Assembly: GCA_051546255.1 (NCBI GenBank)
Contig: CP128818.1
Coordinates: 186,001 to 250,000 of the forward strand
Direction of reading: 5' to 3'
Origin: Meyerozyma guilliermondii
Lineage: Eukaryota
Length of the DNA stretch: 64,000 bases
The first letter of the stretch is position 1, and each line of letters starts with the position of its first letter. A model generated the notes under the pieces. That model was not told the DNA's origin and made no database searches. It saw only the letters and a list, made by a program, of their open reading frames with translations. Positions 50,861 to 60,562 of the stretch are shown here, piece after piece. Both the position numbers and the translations under genes were made by a program.

Positions 50861-53392
50861 ATGCGGGACGATACCCCGTCCGTAGTGACGCTACAGCTAC
50901 CTCGTGCTGAGACAGGTCTAGAGGGCTTCGCGAGGTCATGTGTGGCTCCTCATAAATTTTCCAATGCTGTGGCAGCTTTTCCAATTTCCGAGATCGATGA
51001 TTTGAGAATCGAACAGGCTCTTGTAATCAAGGATCTTTTATTTGTGATGCTAGGACACGAAGGATCGTATATTCGGTACTCGGATCGGTATAATTCCAGT
51101 GATAGCCAGCAATTGGTTCTTGGACCAGACTTTCGTATTGCCAAACACATGGATATAAGTCTCAAAGGTATTGCCAAAAAGTTGGTTAGAATTGGTAAAC
51201 AGTATTGTGGAGTCAACGCGTTTATCCAGCTCTATGACGAGCCGGCTTATGGCAAGGTAATTCAAAGATTGTGCTACGAAATATCTCGTTTCCTCTACGA
51301 TTTCCACGCGACCATTGAACAATTGGAACGCCAATTTAATAATGACACTTCATTCACCATCAGCATTTTCGAAAACGCATTGGACCAAACGGTGGTTCCT
51401 CGACTAAGTCTCTTGTACGACCTTGTGGTCGCATTGGACCAAGATGATCGGTCTCGAGAGCTAGTTCGTGCCAATCCTAGTCATCATAATTTCTCCAATT
51501 TCATCGAAAACATCCAAAGAGACTTGAGACAGTCCGGCGACATCAACATGGCAGCAGAAACAACTTCATTGAGTAGATGTAAGGGTGGAGTGGCACTCAA
51601 TATACTTCATTCCCAAATTAACCAACGCAATGGAGACCCACAAGCGTTTGGATTTTTGACCTCGATCTACAACGTTATTGCAGCCGACTACGTTACCATG
51701 CTCAACAAATGGCTCAAAGATGGTGAGGTAGATGACCAGTTCGATGAGTTCTTCATCAAGGAAAACAACGTGCCCAGTATCATCGACATGAACTCCGAAA
51801 AGTACTGGGATGATTTGTATATGATTCGAATCGACGGATTGGTTCACCAGTTTAGCCGAAACGACATACAAGCCAAGATTCTAGCGACGGGAAAGTACCT
51901 TAATGTCTTCAAACAGTGCACCAATATCAATGATTTTCTGGGATTTGGCGAACATATTGAACCAATTGTGAACTTGCATGCTCAAGACTTGGAGGTCAAG
52001 GTTGAGAGGTATTTTGACCGAGCCAACAGATTCATGCTAAAACTACTCTTTGAAGGTATGGACGTGGTACAACTAGTAACAGGTTTTCAGCAAGCTTACT
52101 TGATCGACGATGCATTCACCACTAACTCATTCATTGCCAGGACATTTAACGATCTCCGCAAAAACAAGTATGGCATATCCACAACCCGTTTAACCTCCTC
52201 TTATAAGGAAATTACCAACGCCGGCAGGAACGGCGAGCTTAACGAAAACAGCAACGCACACACACTTCTCAGACAAAATCAAAATATCTCTGTTGACTCA
52301 ACCAACTTTTTCGACTTGGCCAATGAAATTTTAAACGTTCAATCCTTCGATGCCCAGAACGCTCTACAGAGTGGCAACGCAACGGCCGCTTTCAAATCGC
52401 TCATTAATAGGACTGTTGAAGCTGGTAATGTGTCTTCATCTGCATCTGACAATACGCAATACAACAGCAAGGGCATAGATGAGTACACAATTTCAGGTAT
52501 AAATTTGGAATGTGGTTTACCATTTCCGTTGAACTTGATATTCACCCAGAGCTTTGTGTTTGAGTATCAAATGATGTTCAAGCTTCAAATGCTCCTAGCA
52601 TATATGACACAACAGATGAATGTGACATGGACAGAGATCAATTGCTCTACCGTTTGGAAATTTCCAGGATACGAGCGAAAAGTTACCAAATGGCTTTTAC
52701 GGTGCCGTGTTTTGCACAAGCGAATGAAGGACTTTGTCAGCCAGTTCCAACTGTATGTCGATTATGACGTTGTACAGCCTTCGTATGAGGAGCTAACGAC
52801 GTACTTGCTGAATGTGACCACATCACTTGATGCGGTCAAACTAATTGAACAAAAGCGATACAATGGAAGCGAGCCAACTCACCCATTATCAGACTCAAGC
52901 ATGTACAATTACTACAACGACAAGTCCCACGATATTTTTGACGAGAAGATCAAGCTGCAACAAAGTGAGAGCGAAACCAGCGCACTTAGAATGGACGAAG
53001 TGACCACACGAATGGGATCGTATTTGAATGGAATTCTACGGGATAGTTTTCTCACAAATCGAGATTTGATCACGGTGCTCAAAAGTATTTTGTACATTAT
53101 TATCCAGTACAACGAGCAGTTGGTCAGGTTCAAGAAGCACATCATCATGCTCCATCCAGTGTTGTTCGAGCAATACAGCAACGACTACCCCGCCAAATTT
53201 GACGGAGCTCGAATGAGCCAGCAAGATATTGACAACCGATACGAAACGCTTAACGAAATTGTCACTGATTACTATCAACGGTTCAACGACACGTTAAGCG
53301 AGTTTATCTACAGCGCCAAAGCGGTGGGCGAGTTGGAGAACCAAAGGCTCCTTGTGTTGGTGGAACGACTCGACAAGTGTTTTCCTTCATAG
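50861..53392 (+). CDS. SPC97: Gamma-tubulin complex component Spc97 (GCP2)
   Basis: EQALVIKDLLFVMLGHEGSYIRY, KILATGKYLNV, PFPLNLI; follows ATG7 as in S. cerevisiae. Confidence 0.85.
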   Translation: MRDDTPSVVTLQLPRAETGLEGFARSCVAPHKFSNAVAAFPISEIDDLRIEQALVIKDLLFVMLGHEGSYIRYSDRYNSSDSQQLVLGPDFRIAKHMDISLKGIAKKLVRIGKQYCGVNAFIQLYDEPAYGKVIQRLCYEISRFLYDFHATIEQLERQFNNDTSFTISIFENALDQTVVPRLSLLYDLVVALDQDDRSRELVRANPSHHNFSNFIENIQRDLRQSGDINMAAETTSLSRCKGGVALNILHSQINQRNGDPQAFGFLTSIYNVIAADYVTMLNKWLKDGEVDDQFDEFFIKENNVPSIIDMNSEKYWDDLYMIRIDGLVHQFSRNDIQAKILATGKYLNVFKQCTNINDFLGFGEHIEPIVNLHAQDLEVKVERYFDRANRFMLKLLFEGMDVVQLVTGFQQAYLIDDAFTTNSFIARTFNDLRKNKYGISTTRLTSSYKEITNAGRNGELNENSNAHTLLRQNQNISVDSTNFFDLANEILNVQSFDAQNALQSGNATAAFKSLINRTVEAGNVSSSASDNTQYNSKGIDEYTISGINLECGLPFPLNLIFTQSFVFEYQMMFKLQMLLAYMTQQMNVTWTEINCSTVWKFPGYERKVTKWLLRCRVLHKRMKDFVSQFQLYVDYDVVQPSYEELTTYLLNVTTSLDAVKLIEQKRYNGSEPTHPLSDSSMYNYYNDKSHDIFDEKIKLQQSESETSALRMDEVTTRMGSYLNGILRDSFLTNRDLITVLKSILYIIIQYNEQLVRFKKHIIMLHPVLFEQYSNDYPAKFDGARMSQQDIDNRYETLNEIVTDYYQRFNDTLSEFIYSAKAVGELENQRLLVLVERLDKCFPS

Positions 53393-53439
53393 CGGTATAT
53401 TGATTACTATTGATACCCCAATGCACTAATTGATAGTAG

Positions 53440-54195
53440 TTACGACTCCTCCTGGTGTTGTTCTTGCATCACCTTGATAATTTCATCCGTTTCCTCGTCA
53501 GTGTATACTCTGAAGCCCCCCTCAGCCGTGACACTGGCCAATTGAGCATTCTTGCAGTCCAACTTCTCCTCCATCACTTGTTTCAAAATCTTCAATGCCA
53601 ACACCTCGGCCTCTTTCAACGTCATGGACTTGTGGTATTCGTTCTGGAGCTCCGCCTGGGCACCCTCAGAGCCGGAACCAATTGCCTTGGCATCGTAGCG
53701 ATAAAAGGTTCCGGAAGGCTCAGCATGGTACAACTGGGGTCCTTTATCCTTATCGAAACCAGCTATGAGAAGAGCCACGCCAAATGGACGAGACATGAGC
53801 CGCTTTTCACCTCCAGCACCCTCACCGAATCGCAAAGCCAAATCACAAACAGACTGTGTTAGACTTTCAACTTGGATCTCTTCGTCGTAGTATAGGTTGT
53901 GAGTCAACGAAGATACACGAGCATGATCGATCATGGACCGAGCATCTGCCGTCAAGCCTGACATGGCACAGCCAATGTGGCTGTCTATTTCGACGATTTT
54001 TTCGATAGAAGTGTGTTCTAATAATGACGAAGTTACTCTTTTCTCCACGCCCAAAATCACACCTTCAGAAGTTGCAATTCCAATTGCTGTGGATCCCAAT
54101 TTGATTGCTTCCAAGGAATATTCCACCTGGAACAATCTTCCTTCTGGCGAGAACGTGCTGACACCTCTATCGTACTCGCTTCGTGTTAAAAACAT
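53440..54195 (-). CDS. PUP2: 20S proteasome alpha-5 subunit
   Basis: [35 protein letters not shown]. Confidence 0.98.
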   Translation of the reverse strand: MFLTRSEYDRGVSTFSPEGRLFQVEYSLEAIKLGSTAIGIATSEGVILGVEKRVTSSLLEHTSIEKIVEIDSHIGCAMSGLTADARSMIDHARVSSLTHNLYYDEEIQVESLTQSVCDLALRFGEGAGGEKRLMSRPFGVALLIAGFDKDKGPQLYHAEPSGTFYRYDAKAIGSGSEGAQAELQNEYHKSMTLKEAEVLALKILKQVMEEKLDCKNAQLASVTAEGGFRVYTDEETDEIIKVMQEQHQEES

Positions 54196-54399
54196 GGTGT
54201 GGAAGAACGAGGTCGGTGGCGGAAATGAAATGGAATGGTGTGGTGTGTGCAGGATCAGAGTGAACGGCGAGCTACGAAGCTGCGAAGCAGCGAAGAAGCT
54301 AAGAAGCTGAATAGCAGAATAATAGTAAAGTAGTAAAGTAGGAGTAATGAATAGCAGAGCTGAGTAACATAGAGCATCAATACATCATATCGAGCATAT

Positions 54400-55731
54400 C
54401 TAACTAGCAGGGGCCAACGACACAATCTTTTCGGCAGCGGGGTCCAAGTCTTCGAATGGGTACAACTTCAATCCCGAGTTGTTGATCAACTCCTTGGCTT
54501 CCTTCATATTAGTACCTTGCAATCTGACCACCACAGGGATGTCCAATTGGAAGTTCTTGGTGGCTGCAATCAAACCCTTGGCGACATAGTCGCATCTAAC
54601 AATACCTCCAAAAATATTGACGAAAATACCATTGACTTTCTTGTCCGACAAGATCAACTCGAAAGCCTTTTCAATGGTTTCTGGGGTGGCAGTACCACCA
54701 CAGTCCAAGAAGTTGGCTGGTTCTCCTCCGTTCAACTTGATGATGTCCATAGTGGCCATGGCCAATCCGGCACCGTTAACGATGTTGGCGATGTTACCAT
54801 CTAATTTGATAAAGTTAAGACCATATTCTGCAGCCTCCACTTCTTCAGGATCCTCCTGGGTGGGGTCTCTCCATGAAAACACCTCCTTTTGACGGAAAGA
54901 AGCGTTGTCGTCGAAACCCAACTTGGCATCCATGGCCATCACCGAGCCGTCGGTAATTTCGGACAATGGGTTAATTTCCACCTGGGTACAGTCGCGCTCC
55001 ATAAACACCTTGTAGAGTTTCTGGATGGTCAGAGCGGCCTCGGGCACAGCTTCTTGAGAAAATCCGAGAACGGACGCGATTTCGGTGGCCTTGGAGTCGG
55101 TAACACCCTCGTCCAATTGGATGGGGAAAGTCTTGATGGCATCGGGATCTTTGGCAGCAACACCCTCGATGTCCATACCTCCCTGGGACGACGCCACAAT
55201 CATTGGCAATTGAGTGGCTCTGTCCATCAAAATGGCCAAGTAAGCCTCGGTTTTGGCGTCTTTTCTTTCGACAATGTACACGGCGGTCACCTCTTTTCCG
55301 GCCTCACCGGTCTGTTTGGTGATCAATTTGTGGCCCAACATCTTCTCCGACAACTCCTTGGCCTCCTCGGGGGTGGAGATCATCTTAACACCTCCTTGGA
55401 ACCCATTGTCAAAGTGTCCCTTACCACGTCCTCCAGTCAAAGCTTGGGCCTTGATGACCAATTCGTTGGAGCCAATGGACTTGGCCACGTCGTAAGCCTG
55501 CTGAGGAGTGAGAGCCGCGTCTCCAGAAGGCACACCCACGCCGTAAGACTTGAGGAGGGCAGCGGATCTGTACTCGTGAAGAGAAAGGAATCTCTTTTGC
55601 GATACCTGTGTTAGAAAAAACTGAAAAAAGTATCAAAGAAAGTAATTGGAAGTCGTGGAGGTACTACCAAACAACAGTCCTTGAACTTCGTCGCTACTTA
55701 CTCTAGATGCTCGAATTGCTCTAGTCAACAT
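54400..55731 (-). CDS. LSC2: Succinyl-CoA ligase beta subunit; exons 55731-55702 and 55605-54400, 96-nt intron
   Basis: MLTRAIRASR|VSQKRFLSLHEYRS; intron GTAAGT...CTAAC-ACAG; KAQALTGGRGKG, VNGAGLAMATMDII. Confidence 0.95.
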
Positions 55732-56092
55732 TGTATAGTTGAGAACAAGTTGCGGAAACAAAAGTTCGGGAGGCCTCGGACGGTCGTGCACCGACTGCAC
55801 CCCGGCGAAAGTAGGACCCGGTGGTGACAGGTCCGGGAGGGGTAAAAATGGGGTGAAAATTGGTGTGGGAGAAGAGGTGGTGGTTTTGTGCAATTGAGTT
55901 GAATTTGGGGTGTGGAAGTTGTATAGAGTGGTTTTTGTCAATGGTATGATCGGTGCCGAGGCTCGCAGTGTTCTGCCGAATTCCTGTACCAAGCATGAGG
56001 GGACGGAGCGGCGCCATGGCTGCGAAACCGCGGAGCTGCGAAGCAGCGGCGCGAATAATTACTGAGAAGACCAAGTGAATTATGGAAACATA

Positions 56093-56234
56093 ATGAGAGA
56101 TGAGATAGAAGAGATATGAGAAAGTATAAGAAGAAGTATGAGATAGTATAAGGTAGTATGAGATAGTATAAGATGAGATAGTATGAATTAGTATGAGATA
56201 GCATGAGGTAGTATGAGTTAGTATAAATTAGTGT
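56093..56234. repeat. Degenerate ATGAGATAGT-type minisatellite
   Basis: Recurrent atgagatag / gtatga / gtataa units. Confidence 0.75.
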
Positions 56235-56469
56235 GGATTGGTTTGAGAGAAGTGCAGAGAATCAAAAGTTTCTATATGGTCCTGGTCTACGAGATACTGA
56301 TTTGTGTCTTGATGGTACTTGTATGTCTCCGAATACTTATTCCAAGACTCACAGGGTCACAAAGTTGATGTGAAACTCAAATGCCATTCGACTTTTTATC
56401 TTGCATCCAATTTTCATACTTCTATATCATACTATTTTATTGTATGTCTTACGATTTCATTCTATTGCA

Positions 56470-57948
56470 TCAATGCTCCATCCTGCTGATCTCCATAATG
56501 TTCTCCTTCAACTTTCTCCCAAATGTCTCCATCATCTTACCCTCCATTAATTCTTCATATTCTGGAAGGGACCCAATCACAATATTCATACCGGCGTGGC
56601 TACTCACCACATTGAACACAAAATGGAAGCTAGCTCCATTACCTTGTGAAAACCACATGTTTTCAATTTTCCATTGACCACATTCAAATTTCTGGTTGCC
56701 AATATTGGTAACCACCGAAGTGGGCTTGATTATCTGACCCACACATCCAAGAAAAAAGTCCCAAAAGTTGGTGCTCTCCATACCCATTCCTTGACTTCTA
56801 AACGGTACCATATGCTTCATTAGTTTCACAATTCGCTCGCCGTGGCTCTTGATGATATCAATGGTCTGCTCTTTGGTGAGTCCATCTACATCGCCAAACA
56901 TCGTAGGAAACGCACTGGCAGCCGTCACATACTTCATATATGGAAAGTAGCGTCTTCCGTTTGTCGCTGTAAAGTGGAAATAGCTTATGGGCGTGGGTGA
57001 TACTTGGGGCCGTATAACCTGTTCCATTGTCTGCAACGCCAAGACGTCTAAAAATGGAGTAAATGTCAAACGGTGCTTTTTGCAAAAACCTAATACTTCT
57101 TTGAGCTCCGCTTGACTCAAATTGACAATTTGAAATTTCGTAGCAAAGTTCATTGTCGTTGGTTTATAACTGAAAATTGGTCGACTGAGTGCACTGGGAT
57201 GGAGTCTGAACCGAAGACCAAAAACTTTTCGAAGAAATCCGATAGAAGTGAACCGATACGCTATTTGTTCAAATAGAATACTCACCCACTTGACCACCTT
57301 CAATTGACCAATTTTGTTCATAATTGAATAGTACCATGGTGGAGAGTATAGCTGCTCTTGCTGGTAATAAGTCAGGTACAAGTTTGGCATTTTATCGTGC
57401 TCTTGATCATAAAGAACGTCCACATACTCAGGCTCATCTTGCTTGTCAAGTTGTTCAATCAAGTCTTTGTGAAGCTGAGCACCAACATATCCATCATAAA
57501 AGGTGTGGTCGAAATAGAAGGTCAAGTAGGTTTTTTGGCCAGTTTCATAGATGAGGAGTCTCCATGGAGGAGTATCAATGTTGAGTGCACAGGTCTTTGA
57601 AGATAAACGAGAAAGGTACTCTGCAATAATCTGACTTTCCTTTTGGTGAGTATCTTGCTCGATTTTTTCAACTGAAACCACATCGTCAAACCGCACTTTT
57701 TGAACCGGTTTTATCACCCAATTGTGACCATTTGCCCTTCTGTCGTCTTCCATAGTGTCGCTGGGATCTTTTCGAAAAGCATTGAGCAAAAGATTGTCGT
57801 TGGTAAGCATAATTGTTCGAAGCGCCTGCGACACCTGGGCCTTGGAAACTGGCTTGTTGTAGGTTGCAGTTACATTGAAGTTCAGGTAGCAATTGAGGGT
57901 GTTTCGCGCAATATAGCGCCTCTCGAGGGCGGAGGGCTGTCGAGACAT
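56470..57948 (-). CDS. Alcohol acetyltransferase / Sli1-like acyltransferase
   Basis: PPWRL, FDHTFYDG (HxxxDG catalytic motif), TFTPFL, VTNIG, MWFSQG. Confidence 0.85.
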   Translation of the reverse strand: MSRQPSALERRYIARNTLNCYLNFNVTATYNKPVSKAQVSQALRTIMLTNDNLLLNAFRKDPSDTMEDDRRANGHNWVIKPVQKVRFDDVVSVEKIEQDTHQKESQIIAEYLSRLSSKTCALNIDTPPWRLLIYETGQKTYLTFYFDHTFYDGYVGAQLHKDLIEQLDKQDEPEYVDVLYDQEHDKMPNLYLTYYQQEQLYSPPWYYSIMNKIGQLKVVKWVSILFEQIAYRFTSIGFLRKVFGLRFRLHPSALSRPIFSYKPTTMNFATKFQIVNLSQAELKEVLGFCKKHRLTFTPFLDVLALQTMEQVIRPQVSPTPISYFHFTATNGRRYFPYMKYVTAASAFPTMFGDVDGLTKEQTIDIIKSHGERIVKLMKHMVPFRSQGMGMESTNFWDFFLGCVGQIIKPTSVVTNIGNQKFECGQWKIENMWFSQGNGASFHFVFNVVSSHAGMNIVIGSLPEYEELMEGKMMETFGRKLKENIMEISRMEH

Positions 57949-57990
57949 GGTGGAGATAGCTGATAGTGGGAATGGAAGGTGGTTATATAG

Positions 57991-58010
57991 ATGACTCACG
58001 ATGACTCACG
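57991..58010. promoter_or_regulatory. Tandem ATGACTCA (Gcn4/AP-1-type) sites next to TATA
   Basis: atgactcacg x2 immediately upstream of minus-strand TATATAA of the acetyltransferase gene. Confidence 0.6.
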
Positions 58011-58416
58011 AGGAGATCTTTTGAAAGTTAATGAAAGACAATGGAAGTCAAAGGAAATTGCAGGAATAGTGAGCTAGCAAAAGCTATTGGACGAGCTCTA
58101 GGGATTGGAGGAGCTCAAGGGATTTCAAGGTTTTGTTTCGGTACTCTTAAACGGTATTTGAATAGTACCTGGTAACGTCAAATTGACTTAAGTTAGATCT
58201 GCGAAAAATAGGTCTTTTCCGTGACTTAACAATTTCAAAACCACACAATGGTAACCTCAAGCTGACAGGATATTGACTCTACTTTATCAGCTTCCAAAAC
58301 CTGCTCAATTGTATTCTGGCAATACCAATCAACTCCTATCCAGAGAGTCGTGCCAGAACCACCTGTCAAATCTCATCGCGGAGAATCGCATCTCGAGCAT
58401 CGCAGATCTGCCCATC

Positions 58417-59220
58417 ATGAACCGCAGAGTACGGCCGCAGTACGATGATCTGGACGAACTGGGAGTAGAGTACGAATCCGGCCATGATGAAATGGAAGAA
58501 ATATCGTTTGGAGCCTTGAACTCGGCTCAGAAGAAGATAAAAAACGAAGATGAAAAGAAATGGCTGCGAAGAAACAACAGTAATAACGACTCCGACGGCG
58601 AAGAAGGCGACTTTTTCGAAAGCGATAGTGACGGTCCTCCAGAAGAATCTTCGAGCAAGACCTCTGACCAAAAAACACGGAGCAAACATGCTCCCGCAGA
58701 AGCTTCAGCAAAGAGACCCGTTTCTCGAATCCGGCAAATTCCTGGCCTTGAAACCAAGGATAATTCCAAGTTTGGCGATATACGATTCGACCCAGCTTTT
58801 GGTAAGGCGAACGAGGAGCGAATCAGAAAGGATTACAGTTTCTTAAACGAGTATAGGCAGAGCGAATTGGAGCAGATGCAGCGGATGCTCAAAGACAAAA
58901 AACTCAGTCGCAGCATGTCGCCGCGTGAGCGTCAGGAACTCGAACTTCAAACCCAATCTCTTCGGTCACGACTCGACAGCATGAAAAACAAGGACTTGGA
59001 GGCCCAGGTGTTGGCCGAGCACAAAAAACAGCAGAAAGAAAAGTGGAAACTGGGCCAGCAGGCTGCGCCATATTTTTTGAAAAAGTCCGAGAAACGAAAA
59101 CTTCTCCAGAAGGCCAAGTTCGAGTCCATGAAGGCACCCCAGAGAGAAAAGGTGATGGAGCGCAAGCGGAAACGGCGGTTGGGAAAGGAAATGCGCCAAT
59201 TGGAGTTTGGTCGCAAGTAA
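58417..59220 (+). CDS. RRP36: rRNA biogenesis protein Rrp36
   Basis: [56 protein letters not shown] motif upstream. Confidence 0.92.
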   Translation: MNRRVRPQYDDLDELGVEYESGHDEMEEISFGALNSAQKKIKNEDEKKWLRRNNSNNDSDGEEGDFFESDSDGPPEESSSKTSDQKTRSKHAPAEASAKRPVSRIRQIPGLETKDNSKFGDIRFDPAFGKANEERIRKDYSFLNEYRQSELEQMQRMLKDKKLSRSMSPRERQELELQTQSLRSRLDSMKNKDLEAQVLAEHKKQQKEKWKLGQQAAPYFLKKSEKRKLLQKAKFESMKAPQREKVMERKRKRRLGKEMRQLEFGRK

Positions 59221-59250
59221 GATTGCAAACCATGTATTGCAAATAATGTA

Positions 59251-59387
59251 ATGAATACTGTATGAATACTGTATGAATACTGTATGAATACTGTATGAAT
59301 ATCTGAATGAATATCTGAATGAATATCTCTATGATCATCTGAATGAATATCTGAATGAATATCTGAATGAATATCTGAATGAATATC
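59251..59387. repeat. Compound tandem repeat: ATGAATACTGT x4 then ATGAATATCTGA x~7
   Basis: Directly visible between convergent RRP36 and rhodanese genes. Confidence 0.92.
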
Positions 59388-59430
59388 ATGTATTAACATA
59401 GCCTATGGACAAGATTCAATTGTTCAGCTC

Positions 59431-60003
59431 TTAGCTGCGCTGGTTCTCGTGCGACACCCAGTCTTCATACGAACCCACGTAGTTTCCTCTATGTTTATAA
59501 CCAAAAGTGTTGGCCAACTCTTCGGCGGCCGTCGACCTTACACCTGCCAAGCAGTAAAAGATCAATTCTTTGTCCTTGGAAGGCTTTTCAAAGCCAAAGT
59601 TTTCTTCAAACTCCTCAGGACTCAACCCCAAGGCCCCGGGAGATGACTTGAATGGCACATTAATGGCGCCGGGTATACTTCCCTCCTTGTATTCCACCGG
59701 TTCTCTGACATCCACAACGAGAGTATTGGGGTATTTGTCTTTCTCCGAAACGATTTTCTTGACATCTTTGTACTCGTACAACTTGGCCTTGTGGTCCTCG
59801 GATATAACACTGTACAATCTGATCGCCGATGGCCGGATTGAATTCGCCTTCAAACCGCCGGTCAATGCTCTAGAAAGCAGAAGCGAGTTATGGCTACTTG
59901 AAAGCAGCTTGAATGATGCTTGGGCACCCAGAACGTGGAAACCAGCGACCTGGACCCTCAAAAGAGGCCGGGCGGCACGCATCGTTCTCATGTGTGCAAG
60001 CAT
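59431..60003 (-). CDS. RDL2: Mitochondrial rhodanese-like sulfurtransferase
   Basis: Presequence; VDVREPVEY..GSIPGAINVP, IFYCLAGVRS, NYVGSYEDW. Confidence 0.85.
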   Translation of the reverse strand: MLAHMRTMRAARPLLRVQVAGFHVLGAQASFKLLSSSHNSLLLSRALTGGLKANSIRPSAIRLYSVISEDHKAKLYEYKDVKKIVSEKDKYPNTLVVDVREPVEYKEGSIPGAINVPFKSSPGALGLSPEEFEENFGFEKPSKDKELIFYCLAGVRSTAAEELANTFGYKHRGNYVGSYEDWVSHENQRS

Positions 60004-60337
60004 TATGTTTGTTCACCTTTCCTCGCAAACCGGAAAAAACGTTATCACCAGGGTCGTGCGCGGCGATGCCAAGGGAGAAGAGAGAAGGGAATTAGTAGGT
60101 GAGCATGTAGTAATTAGAGAGTTAGTTAAAAGGTTCATTAAGAAGACATTTGAGAAGTCAATTGAGAAGTCAGTTAGTATGTCAAGTAGGAAGTCGATTA
60201 AGACGTCGAAAGAAGTCAATTGAGGGAGAAATTGAAGGCAGAAATCAAGTAAGAGAACTATTGTAGTGATGTGAACTAGAATTCAATTAAGGTAAAATAT
60301 CTACCAGGAAAAAGTCAATTAAAAACAGACATTGACT

Positions 60338-60499
60338 TCATGGTAAGAAGATCCATGGTGAAGGTTATTTCTGTTCATTGTGAATACTACTTCTTTTTAG
60401 ATTCATGGTAGATTACTCATTGTAGATTCATGCTAAAGATACTTCTTTGTGCTTCTTGGTAAAGGCCACTTCTGTTAATGGTAAAGATTACTTATTGTA
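60338..60499. repeat. Degenerate ~22-28 bp minisatellite (TTCATGGTAAAGATTACTT-like)
   Basis: Units ttcatggtaag, ccatggtgaagg, ttcattgtgaat, ttcatggtagattact, ttcatgctaaagatact, ttcttggtaaagg, ttaatggtaaagattact. Confidence 0.6.
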
Positions 60500-60562
60500 T
60501 TTTTTCCTATTTTTTTTCAGTGTTGAACTGAACAACAACCAGTGTTGAACTAGATGATTGAA

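Noticed and set aside
59251..59387. CRISPR-like array or repeat-encoded ORFs (DIHS/IFIQ repeats)
   Set aside because: Contiguous tandem repeat without spacers in a eukaryote; the ORFs are repeat artefacts antisense to RRP36
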